A stretch of 64,000 nt of DNA from Octopus sinensis (lineage: Eukaryota): NCBI RefSeq assembly GCF_006345805.1, contig NC_043025.1:8866001-8930000 (forward strand), given 5' to 3'. Below, in pieces: positions 29,175 to 39,240 of this stretch. A program made the position numbers and the translations under genes. The notes beneath the pieces were generated by a model. The model made no database searches. It was not told the DNA's origin and saw only the letters and a program-made list of their open reading frames with translations. The first letter of the stretch is position 1. Every line of letters begins with the position of its first letter.

Positions 29175-29747
29175 TCTCTATCTCTCACACACATTCACCC
29201 ATGTCATATGTGTTATGTTTTCTCTTTCACAATAATTTCAGTTAACACCCACTCCGCCAGCTACCACCCGTTCCCAGTCTACCCACGCCCCCAGAGACCT
29301 TTACTTGGCATTGATGAAATGACCGTCTTGAACATCAACGCACCCATTTTCAAAAAGGAAGGAGGATACTTCTACCAGAACAGTCCTTCCTACAGTAGCT
29401 ATCCCATATACAAGACCTATCCACAATACCACTACCCACAAACCTACCACCATTCCCATACCACCCACCACTCCATCGTACCCTACTATTATGGACATGG
29501 AGGATATGGAGGATACGGAGGATATGGAGGATACGGTCATGGAGGATTTGGAGGATACGGTCATGGAGGATTTGGAGGATACGGTCATGGAGGATTTGGA
29601 GGATACGGTCATGGAGGATATGGAGGATACGGTCATGGTTTTGGTTATGGTCATGGTCATAGTTATTATGGAGGTCACAATGGCTATCCTTATGGAGGTT
29701 ATGGCCACCACTACGGATATCCCTACTATGGTCATGGTCATTATTAA
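18249..29747 (+). CDS. Secreted Gly/Tyr/His-rich structural protein, 293 aa, 7 coding exons (suckerin-like / histidine-rich beak-protein-like)
   Basis: join(18249..18285,19208..19231,20532..20570,21072..21293,23124..23147,27924..27953,29242..29747) = 882 nt. All introns are GT-AG and phase 1, and the frame is open to TAA. The N-terminus [23 protein letters not shown] reads as a signal peptide. Built by hand; no transcript evidence. Confidence 0.8.
18422..18798. mobile_element. Tc1/mariner-type MITE (377 bp)
   Basis: ~26-bp TIRs CACTTGCGTCAGAAATTAATTAGCAC / GTGCTAATTAATTTCTGACGGTAGTG flanked by TA. Confidence 0.85.
19208..19231 (+). CDS. Coding micro-exon 2 (24 nt, AATLFNPT)
   Basis: ttttttttcctttcag|CTGCC...ACCG|gtaaga; continues the signal peptide in frame. 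Confidence 0.8.
20532..20570 (+). CDS. Coding micro-exon 3 (39 nt, [13 protein letters not shown])
   Basis: tttatatttatag|CCTAT...TCAAG|gtaaat; phase 1-1. Confidence 0.7.
21072..21293 (+). CDS. Coding exon 4 (222 nt, Gly/Ile/Tyr-rich, 74 aa)
   Basis: ttcaattag|GTTCACAAG...TTTCA|gtgagt; [15 protein letters not shown]...[12 protein letters not shown]. Confidence 0.88.
22087..22650 (-). repeat. 5 x 114-bp tandem array from a SINE 3' segment
   Basis: Period 114 (22201, 22315, 22429, 22543). Interrupted at ~22651-22870 by a Nin-SINE and resumes at ~22870. Confidence 0.85.
23124..23147 (+). CDS. Coding micro-exon 5 (24 nt, SQLSHIPV)
   Basis: tctatatctatttcacag|GTCAAC...AGTCA|gtaagt; phase 1-1. 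Confidence 0.75.
24790..25170 (-). mobile_element. Full-length tRNA-derived SINE
   Basis: Minus-strand A-box TGGCCCAGTGGTTAGG and B-box GGTTTCGATTCCC. Confidence 0.8.
25198..25450 (+). mobile_element. CR1-like LINE 3' end (subfamily 2)
   Basis: LRGHSEKL...[32 protein letters not shown] with one in-frame stop. Confidence 0.75.
25714..25749 (+). pseudogene. Probable dead paralogue of micro-exons 5/6 (TTQQIQH...)
   Basis: The preceding ~190 bp, including the acceptor atctatttcacag, duplicates the intron upstream of exon 5. The peptide resembles exon 6, and the 3' end is replaced by a SINE head with an in-frame TAA. Confidence 0.55.
25927..26527 (+). mobile_element. Two tandem CR1-like LINE 3' ends nested in a Nin-SINE tail
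   Basis: [45 protein letters not shown] followed by (ATT)n, present twice. Same family at ~47040-47430. Confidence 0.8.
27099..27513 (-). mobile_element. ~420-bp tRNA-derived SINE (second family)
   Basis: Full copy at 50047-50470 (+). Fragments at ~28545-28640, 31440-31530, 39160-39240, 47560-47730 and 50480-50600. Confidence 0.75.
27924..27953 (+). CDS. Coding micro-exon 6 (30 nt, [10 protein letters not shown])
   Basis: ttttcatttttacag|CCACCC...GTTG|gtaagt; phase 1-1. Confidence 0.8.
28720..29192. repeat. Compound (CA)n/(CT)n microsatellite just upstream of the last coding exon
   Basis: Directly visible. Confidence 0.95.
29242..29747 (+). CDS. Coding exon 7 (168 aa, Tyr/His/Gly-rich C-terminus)
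   Basis: aataatttcag|TTAACACC; [13 protein letters not shown] followed by (GGY)n and (GGYGHGGF)x3; TAA at 29745-29747. Confidence 0.92.
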
Positions 29748-30004
29748 TTCAAAGCGAAACTGGATCGAGCTGAAACAAGCTGCAGGGTAAGCTTCCACGT
29801 TTATTTCTGTCTTCCTTTTATTCTGTTATACTCTTATTCTGTTATACTCTTATTCTGTTATTCTTTGACTCATTGTAAGCTTCCACGTTTATTTCTGTCT
29901 CCCTTTTATTCTGTTATACTCTTATTCTGTTATACTCTTATTCTGTTATTCCTTGACTCATTGTAAGCTTCCACGTTTATCTCTGTCTCCCTTTTATTCT
30001 GTTA

Positions 30005-30383
30005 CTAGCAGTATCGCCCGGCGTTGCTCGGGTTTGTAAGGGAAATAACTATAAAGCATTTTTAGAGAGTTATAGCCAAAAAATAGCAAAAAAATGGAAA
30101 AAAAAATGATGGTAAACTTTTTTTGAGAGTTAAAAAGGTCGAGTTGCGTCCCCTAGACAGTCTGTGGTTTGTGTTTCTGATTCTCGACCCCATGTCGAAT
30201 TTATCGATTTTTTTCAGAACTGGGGGAACCTTTCAAAATTTTCGCAGCGTTAGTTTTGAATTATGACATTGGGCTATGTGTGTGTCAAGTTTCATCAGAA
30301 TCGGTTGAAAGCCGTGGTCAGGGTGAGGGTACAACCTAACAGACACACAGACACGCACACAGACAAACTGCCGTTTATATAGA
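30005..30383 (-). mobile_element. Non-autonomous Helitron
   Basis: The minus strand has 5'-TC and a 3' hairpin CCCGAGCAACGCCGGG followed by CTAG. Inserted at A|T within ctgtta|tactct, with no TSD. Confidence 0.85.
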
Positions 30384-30471
30384 TACTCTTATTCTGTTAT
30401 TCTTTGACTCATTTCAGTCATCTGACTGCAGCCATGCTCGAGCAGTGCCTTAAATGGGTTTTTTTAGTTAA

Positions 30472-31430
30472 CCCCTTGACGATGGTGTTACCCGAAGCAT
30501 GCGAGACACTCCTCCGGGTTATTTTCATCTAATGAGGCCACACAAATACCTCGTGTCTATTTACGTTCATCATTACAATAACAGTGTCGTACATTTACGT
30601 CTACCGGTTTCTGAAAACGAACTGTGTGAAACTCTTTATCATAATATGATATGCATGAGTTATTCTGCTCAAGTTCAGAAAATAGCTTGCGTGTGGTACA
30701 ACGCAAAACATGGTATTATGCAAATAATACCAGTCTGGACAACGATATCATCACAGTCCGGACAACGATATCATCACAGTCTGGATAACGATATCATCAC
30801 AGTCTGGTCAATGATATCATCACAGTCCAGACAACGATATCATCACAGTCTGGACAACGATATCATCACAGTCTGGACAATGATATCATCACAGTCTGGT
30901 CAATGATATCATCACAGTCCAGACAACGATATCATCACAGTCTGAACAATGATATCATCACAGTCTGGACAATGTTATATTCACAGTCTGGACAACGATA
31001 TCATCACAGTCTGGACAACGATATCATCACAGTCTAGACAACGATATCATCACAGTCTGGACAACGATATCATCACAGTCCAGACAACAATATCATCACA
31101 GTCTGGACAATGATATCATCACAGTCTAGACAACGATATCTGGTTTCATGCCTACAGTGGTGTGAGGTGCATACAACACATTTCCATGCTGGATTCTGCT
31201 TTTTTTCCATTGGCGGTATGAAGCGCAGGAAATGTCCTCATCGGTTCAGAAGCCAGTTTGGAGTCGGTCCGGCGTGAGGACGGCCATGTGTTCGGTAGTT
31301 GGGCAGCTCGGAAACTTTAATAATTTCATTTATCAGGCATGATGATGAGTGTAAATTCGTTGATGGAGGACCGAAGTGCGAACGCAGAACTTGTAATTGA
31401 TTTGAAGACAAAGCATTGGTTTGCCGTGTT
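30472..31430 (-). mobile_element. piggyBac-like transposon 3' remnant (PGBD4-type Cys-rich domain)
   Basis: TTAA(30468-71)-CCCC terminus. The minus strand reads HFLRFIPPMEKKQNPAWKCVVCTSHHCRHETRYRCLDCD...GIICIIPCFALYHTQAIF* (stop 30675-30677). Confidence 0.8.
30731..31140. repeat. 23-bp minisatellite, ~18 copies
   Basis: Unit CAGTCTGGACAACGATATCATCA. Confidence 0.95.
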
Positions 31431-31627
31431 GGGGTGGTGGGCATGGTAGAAGACACTTGCACAAGGTGCCTTGCTGTGTGTGGGATTGAACCCAAAGCCA
31501 CATGCTTTGCAAAGTGATGCTTCTTATGCACACAGCCCATGAACCTGTTATTAATTCCATTCTTATATTCCTGTTCTCCGATTCCCTTTTATCCTTCTAA
31601 TCTTCTATTCTTTTTGTATCCTTCCAG

Positions 31628-32200
31628 GTTGCTGATGTACTTTGCATTCTAACTACCATCAAACAATGACTGAAAGAAAAAAAAACAAAACAAAACAAAC
31701 CCTATAAATAAATAGATAAAAATCCTGACACAACAACAACAACAACAACAACACCTGTGAAAACAAAAGAAAATGGATAATGATATATAACATACATACA
31801 CACGCATACATATGTGTATATGTATATATATATATATGTGTGTGTGTATATATATATATGTATATGTTTATATTTATATATATATATATGTATATATATG
31901 TATGTATGTGTGTCTATGTATGTGAAAAAATATTCCCATTTTTTTTTCAAAATTTTTACATTTTTTACATTTGTCACATAAACCTAAGTCAACAACAACT
32001 ACAACATCAGCAACAAAAACAACATCATCCTCAGCAATAACTGAAGCACCACCGTCATCAGTAATGAAGCGAAAAAACGAAAAATGAAAACGAAAAATTT
32101 TATAATGGTTTATATATGAATGTATATAAAATACAAAGAAATTTTTAATAAAAATTGTTTGTTGTGTTATAAGTTCGATTTTGTTGTTTTATTTTGCATT
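31628..32200 (+). terminator. Putative terminal 3'UTR exon and poly(A) site
   Basis: A-rich exon after the acceptor; AATAAA at 32147-32152 followed by a GT/T-rich downstream tract. Confidence 0.5.
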
Positions 32201-35200
32201 TTTTAAAAAAAATTTTGATTGATGTCTTGCAAACAACTTGCACATGCAAGTGCTACCAGTCAAAAACTCCGCATACCGGAAGCCAGCAAGCCATTTCAAG
32301 GCCTACCTCTTGACGGCATCAATGCTCACTGATATGAGGCCCCGCTTTGCTAGATCAGCTGGTTATCAAATAAAGCTCAATTTTATTCTAGCCATCACTC
32401 ATCGTCTCTTTTTAACCGAATCCAGTGGTTAGTCTTCTCCATTTTGGGGCCTACCTCTCGACGGCATCAATGCGCACCGGCCCCCTGCCCACTGATACGA
32501 GGCCCCACTTGCTAGATCAGCCGGTTAACAAATAAAGCTCAATTTTCTTCTAGCCATCACTCATCGTCTCTTTTTAGCCAATCCAGTGGCTAGCCTTCTC
32601 CATTTCGGGGCCTACCTCTCGACGGCATCAATGCGCACCGGCCCCCTGCCCACTGATACGAGGCCCCACTTGCTAGATCAGCCGGTTAACAAATAAAGCT
32701 CAATTTTATTCTAGCCATCACTCATCGTCTCTTTTTAGCCAATCCAGTGGCTAGCCTTCTCCATTTCGAGGCCTACCTCTCGACGGCATCAATGCGCACC
32801 GGCCCCCTGCCCACTGATATGAGGTCCCGCTTTGCTAGATCAGCTGGTTATCAAATAAAGCTCAATTTTCTTCTAGACATCACTCATCGTCTCTTTTTAA
32901 CCGAATCCAGTGGTTAGTCTTCTCCATTTTGGGGCCTACCTCTCGACGGCATCAATGCGCCACCGGCCCCCTGCCCACTGATACGAGGCCCCACTTGCTA
33001 GATCAGCTGGTTATCAAATAAAGCTCAATTTTCTTCTAGACATCACTCATCGTCTCTTTTTAACCGAATCAGTGGTTAGTCTTCTCCATTTTGGGACTAC
33101 CTCTCGACGGCATCAATGCGCACCGGCCCCCTGCCCACTGATACGAGGCCCCGCTTTGCTAGATCAGCTGGTTATCAAATAAAGCTCAATTTTATTCTAG
33201 CCATCACTCATCGTCTCTTTTTAACCAAATCCAGTGGCTAGCCTTCTCCATTTCGGAGCCTACCTCACGACGGCATCAATGCGCACTGGCCCCCCCTGCC
33301 CACTGATATGAGGCCCCGCTTGCTAGATCAGCAAATTTTTTTTACATTTGTCACATAAACCTAAGTCAACAACAACTACAACATCAGCAACAAAAAAACA
33401 AATCATCCTCAGCAATAACTGAAGCACCACCGTCATCAGTAATGAAGCGAAAAAAACGAAAAATGAAAACGAAAATTTTATAATGGTTTATATATGAATG
33501 TATATAAAATACAAAGAAATTTTTAATAAAAATTGTTTGTTGTGTTATAACTTCGATTTTGTTGTTTTATTTTGCATTTTTTAAAAAAAATTTTGATTGA
33601 TGTCTTTGCAAACAACTTGCACATGCAAGTGCTACCAGACAAAAACTCTGCATACTGGAAGCCAGCAAGTGTATGGGGTCATCAGGAGAGAATGTGCGCC
33701 ATTTCAGGGCCTACCTCTCGACGGCATCAATGTGCACCGGCCCCCTGCCCACTGATACGCCCCCACTTGCTAGATCAGCCAGTTAAAAATAAAGCTCAAT
33801 TTTCTTCTAGCCATCACTCATCGTCTCTTTTTAACCGAATCCAGTGGTTAGTCTTCTCCATTTTGGGGCCTACCTCTCGACGGCATCAATGCGCACCGGC
33901 CCCCTGCCCACTGATACGAGGCCCCACTTGCTAGATCAGCCAGTTAACAAATAAAGCTCAATTTTCTTCTAGCCATCACTCATCGTCTCTTTTTAGCCAA
34001 TCCAGTGGCTAGCCTTCTCCATTTCGGGGCCTACCTCTCGACGGCATCAATGCGCACCGGCCCCCTGCCCACTGATACGAGGCCCCACTTGCTAGATCAG
34101 CCAGTTAACAAATAAAGCTCAATTTTCTTCTAGCCATCACTCATCGTCTCTTTTTAGCCAATCCAGTGGCTAGCCTTCTCCATTTCGGGGCCTACCTCTC
34201 GACGGCATCAATGCGCACCGGCCCCCTGCCCACTGATACGAGGCCCCACTTGCTAGATCAGCTGGTTATCAAATAAAGCTCAATTTTCTTCTAGCCATCA
34301 CTCATCGTCTCTATTTAGCCAATCCAGTGGCTAGCCTTCTTCATTTCTGGGCCTACCTCTCGACGGCATCAATGCGCACCGGCCCCCTGCCCACTGATAT
34401 GAGGCCCCGCTTTGCTAGATCAGCTGGTTATCAAATAAAGCTCAATTTTCTTCTAGACATCACTCATCGTCTCTTTGTAACCGAATCCAGTGGTTAGTCT
34501 TCTCCATTTCGGAGCCTACCTCACGACGGCATCAATGCGCACTGGCCCCCTGCCCACTGATATGAGGCCCTGCTTTGCTAGATCAGCTGGTTATCAAATA
34601 AAGCTCAATTTTATTCTAGCCATCACTCATCGTCTCTTTTTAACCAAATCCAGTGGCTAGCCTTCTCCATTTCGGAGCCTACCTCACGACGGCATCAATG
34701 CGCACTGGCCCCCCCCTGCCCACTGATATGAGGCCCCGCTTGCTAGATCAGCAAATTTTTTTACATTTGTCACATAAACCTAAGTCAACAACAACTACAA
34801 CATCAGCAACAAAAACAACATCATCCTCAGCAATAACTGAAGCACCACCGTCATCAGTAATGAAGCGAAAAAACGAAAAATGAAAACGAAAATTTTATAA
34901 TGGTTTATATATGAATGTATATAAAATACAAAGAAATTTTTAATAAAAATTGTTTGTTGTGTTATAAGTTCGATTTTGTTGTTTTATTTTGCATTTTTAA
35001 AAAAAAATTTTGATTGATGTCTTTGCAAACAACTTGCACATGCAAGTGCTACCAGTCAAAAACTCCGCATACCGGAAGCCAGCAAGCCATTTCAGGGCCT
35101 ACCTCTTCACGGCATCAATGCTCACTGATATGAGGCCCCGCTTTGCTAGATCAGCTGGTTATCAAATAAAGCTCAATTTTCTTCTAGACATCACTCATCG

Positions 35201-38200
35201 TCTCTTTTTAGCCAATCCAGTGGCTAGCCTTCTCCATTTCGGGGCCTACCTCTCGACGGCATCAATGCGCACCGGCCCCCTGCCCACTGATACGAGGCCC
35301 CACTTGCTAGATCAGCCAGTTAACAAATAAAGCTCAATTTTCTTCTAGCCATCACTCATCGTCTCTTTTTAGCCAATCCAGTGGCTAGCCTTCTCCATTT
35401 CGGGGCTACCTCTCGACGGCATCAATGCGCACCGGCCCCCTGCCCACTGATACGAGGCCCCACTTGCTAGATCAGCTGGTTATCAAATAAAGCTCAATTT
35501 TCTTCTAGCCATCACTCATCGTCTCTTTTTAGCCAATCCAGTGGCTAGCCTTCTCCATTTCGGGGCCTACCTCTCGACGGCATCAATGCGCACCGGCCCC
35601 CTGCCCACTGATACGAGGCCCCACTTGCTAGATCAGCCGGTTAACAAATAAAGCTCAATTTTCTTCTAGCCATCACTCATCGTCTCTTTTTAACCGAATC
35701 CAGTGGTTAGTCTTCTCCATTTTGGGGCCTACCTCTCGACGGCATCAATGCGCACCGGCCCCCTGCCCACTGATACGAGGCCCCACTTGCTAGATCAGCC
35801 GTTAACAAATAAGCTCAATTTTCTTCTAGCCATCACTCATCGTCTCTTTTTAGCCAATCCAGTGGCTAGCCTTCTCCATTTCGGGGCCTACCTCTCGACG
35901 GCATCAATGCGCACCGGCCCCCTGCCCACTGATACGAGGCCCCACTTGCTAGATCAGCTGGTTATCAAATAAAGCTCAATTTTCTTCTAGCCATCACTCA
36001 TCGTCTCTTTTTAGCCAATCCAGTGGCTAGCCTTCTCCATTTCGGAGCCTACCTCTCGACGGCATCAATGCGCACCGGCCCCCTGCCCACTGATACGAGG
36101 CCCCACTTGCTAGATCAGCTGGTTATCAAATAAAGCTCAATTTTCTTCTAGCCATCACTCATCGTCTCTTTTTAGCCAATCCAGTGGCTAGCCTTCTCCA
36201 TTTCGGGGCCTACCTCTCGACGGCATCAATGCGCACCGGCCCCCTGCCCACTGATACGAGGCCCCACTTGCTAGATCAGCCGGTTAACAAATAAAGCTCA
36301 ATTTTCTTCTAGCCATCACTCATCGTCTCTTTTTAACCGAATCCAGTGGTTAGTCTTCTCCATTTTGGGGCCTACCTCCGCGACGGCATCAATGCGCACC
36401 GGCCCCCTGCCCACTGATACGAGGCCCCACTTGCTAGATCAGCCGGTTAACAAATAAAGCTCAATTTTCTTCTAGCCATCACTCATCGTCTCTTTTTAGC
36501 CAATCCAGTGGCTAGCCTTCTCCATTTCGGGGCCTACCTCTCGACGGCATCAATGCGCACCGGCCCCCTGCCCACTGATACGAGGCCCCACTTGCTAGAT
36601 CAGCTGGTTATCAAATAAAGCTCAATTTTCTTCTAGCCATCACTCATCGTCTCTTTTTAGCCAATCCAGTGGCTAGCCTTCTCCATTTCGGAGCCTACCT
36701 CTCGACGGCATCAATGCGCACCGGCCCCCTGCCCACTGATACGAGGCCCCGCTTTGCTAGATCAGCTGGTTATCAAATAAAGCTCAATTTTCTTCTAGAC
36801 ATCACTCATCGTCTCTTTTTAACCGAATCCAGTGGTTAGTCTTCTCCATTTTGGGGCCTACCTCTCGACGGCATCAATGCGCACCGGCCCCCTGCCCACT
36901 GATACGAGGCCCCGCTTTGCTAGATCAGCTGGTTATCAAATAAAGCTCAATTTTCTTCTAGACATCACTCATCGTCTCTTTTTAACCGAATCCAGTGGTT
37001 AGTCTTCTCCATTTTGGGGCCTACCTCTCGACGGCATCAATGCGCACCGGCCCCCTGCCCACTGATACGAGGCCCCGCTTTGCTAGATCAGCTGGTTATC
37101 AAATAAAGCTCAATTTTATTCTAGCCATCACTCATCGTCTCTTTTTAACCAAATCCAGTGGCTAGCCTTCTCCATTTCGGAGCCTACCTCACGACGGCAT
37201 CAATGCGCACTGGCCCCCCCCTGCCCACTGATATGAGGCCCCGCTTGCTAGATCAGCAAATTTTTTTACATTTGTCACATAAACCTAAGTCAACAACAAC
37301 TACAACATCAGCAACAAAAACAACATCATCCTCAGCAATAACTGAAGCACCACCGTCATCAGTAATGAAGCGAAAAAACGAAAAATGAAAACGAAAAATT
37401 TTATAATGGTTTATATATGAATGTATATAAAATACAAAGAAATTTTTAATAAAAATTGTTTGTTGTGTTATAACTTCGATTTTGTTGTTTTATTTTGCAT
37501 TTTTTAAAAAAAATTTTGATTGATGTCTTTGCAAACAACTTGCACATGCAAGTGCTACCAGTCAAAAACTCTGCATACTGGAAGCCAGCAAGTGTATGGG
37601 GTCATCAGGAGAGAATGTGCGCCATTTCAGGGCCTACCTCTCGACGGCATCAATGTGCACCGGCCCCCTGCCCACTGATACGAGGCCCCACTTGCTAGAT
37701 CAGCCGGTTAACAAATAAAGCTCAATTTTCTTCTAGCCATCACTCATCGTCTCTTTTTAGCCAATCCAGTGGCTAGCCTTCTCCATTTCGGGGCCTACCT
37801 CTCGACGGCATCAATGCGCACCGGCCCCCTGCCCACTGATACGAGGCCCCACTTGCTAGATCAGCCAGTTAACAAATAAAGCTCAATTTTTTCTAGCCAT
37901 CACTCATCGTCTCTTTTAGCCAATCCAGTGGCTAGCCTTCTCCATTTCGGGGCCTACCTCTCGACGGCATCAATGCACACCGGCCCCCTGCCCACTGATA
38001 CGAGGCCCCACTTGCTAGATCAGCTGGTTATCAAATAAAGCTCAATTTTCTTCTAGCCATCACTCATCGTCTCTATTTAGCCAATCCAGTGGCTAGCCTT
38101 CTTCATTTCTGGGCCTACCTCTCGACGGCATCAATGCGCACCGGCCCCCTGCCCACTGATATGAGGCCCTGCTTTGCTAGATCAGCTGGTTATCAAATAA

Positions 38201-38595
38201 AGCTCAATTTTATTCTAGCCATCACTCATCGTCTCTTTTTAACCGAATCCAGTGGCTAGCTTCCCCATTTCGGGGCCTACCTCTCGACGGCATCAATGCG
38301 CACCGGCTCCACTGCCCACTGATATGAGGTCCCGCTTTGCTAGATCAGCTGGTTATCAAATAAAGCTCAATATTCTTCTAGCCATCACTCATCGTCTCTT
38401 TTTAACCGAATCCAGTGGCCAGCCTTCTCCATTTCAGGGCCTACCTCTCGACGGCATCAATGCGCACCGACCCCCCCGCCCATTGATATGAGGCCCCGCT
38501 TTGCTAGATCAGCTGGTTATCAAATAAAGCTCAATTTTTTTCTAACCATCACTCATCGTCTCTTTTTGACCGAATCCAGTGGCCAGCCTTCTCCA
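31957..38595. repeat. Higher-order satellite: 4 blocks of [~335-365-bp spacer + 6-13 copies of a ~161-bp unit]
   Basis: Spacers start at ~31957, 33332, 34752 and 37257; unit period 161-162 (32349, 32511, 32672). Confidence 0.9.
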
Positions 38596-39240
38596 CTGTA
38601 GTTTGAATATCAGTCATGGTGGTATTGACTTTATGATAAGTTGGGCCTAACGATAACAACAGTCGCCTCACACTGTGTCCAACGAACCCTCTACATCAGA
38701 ACCCTCTACAAAAATCTACAAATTTAAAAAAAAAATTTATTCAATCATTAATCTTTGTTCAGTCATTAATCTTTGTTCAATCATTAATCATTTGGCTGTG
38801 ACCATACTACGATGGGGACCACCTAGGCATCTTACTACCCTTATCTATGTTATGCACCTGCTATACTCATCCTTTCTTCTTTCACTTTCTCCCTCCACAC
38901 ACCATCCCCTTTTCCCCTACTAAATGTGTGTAACCCTGCAGACTCACAGTAGGGATGTACTCTTCCAAATCCCTCTCATACTAACTCCTCTCGGCCCCAC
39001 CTAGCATGAAACTGAGTCAGAACTCCTGACCTTGCAAACCGTGTGATAGCCTTAATAGTGCAGTGGTCATGGAGAAAACAAAAAGCATCCAGTCCACCAT
39101 GTAAGGTGGTTGGCATTAGGAAGACCATCCAGCTGTAAAAACCATGCAAAAGCCGACACTGGAACTATAGAAGAAGGCACTTGCGCAAGGTACCATGCAG
39201 TGGGACTGAACCCAAAACCTTGTGGTAGGGAAGTAAGCTT

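Larger units (their letters stand above)
29787..31627 (+). other. Putative 3'UTR intron
   Basis: Donor CAGG|gtaagc 39 nt after the stop codon; strong acceptor tctattctttttgtatccttccag|G at 31627. Confidence 0.6.

Noticed and set aside
29301-29798. Antisense and alternate-frame ORFs over exon 7
   Set aside because: Shadows of the 24-bp coding repeat.
31981-32090. KPKSTTTTTSATKTTSSSAITEAPPSSVMKRKNEK* as a mucin-like terminal exon
   Set aside because: Weak acceptor and no upstream partner exon; better explained as ACA-rich 3'UTR. It cannot be fully excluded.
33672-33700. CTGATGA on the minus strand in spacers 2 and 4
   Set aside because: No stem II/GAAA follows, so it is not a hammerhead.
32290-38595. 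161-bp units as a CRISPR array or as tandem exons
   Set aside because: There are no unique spacers and the context is eukaryotic. Candidate exons alternate between 35 and 36 nt with mostly GC donors.
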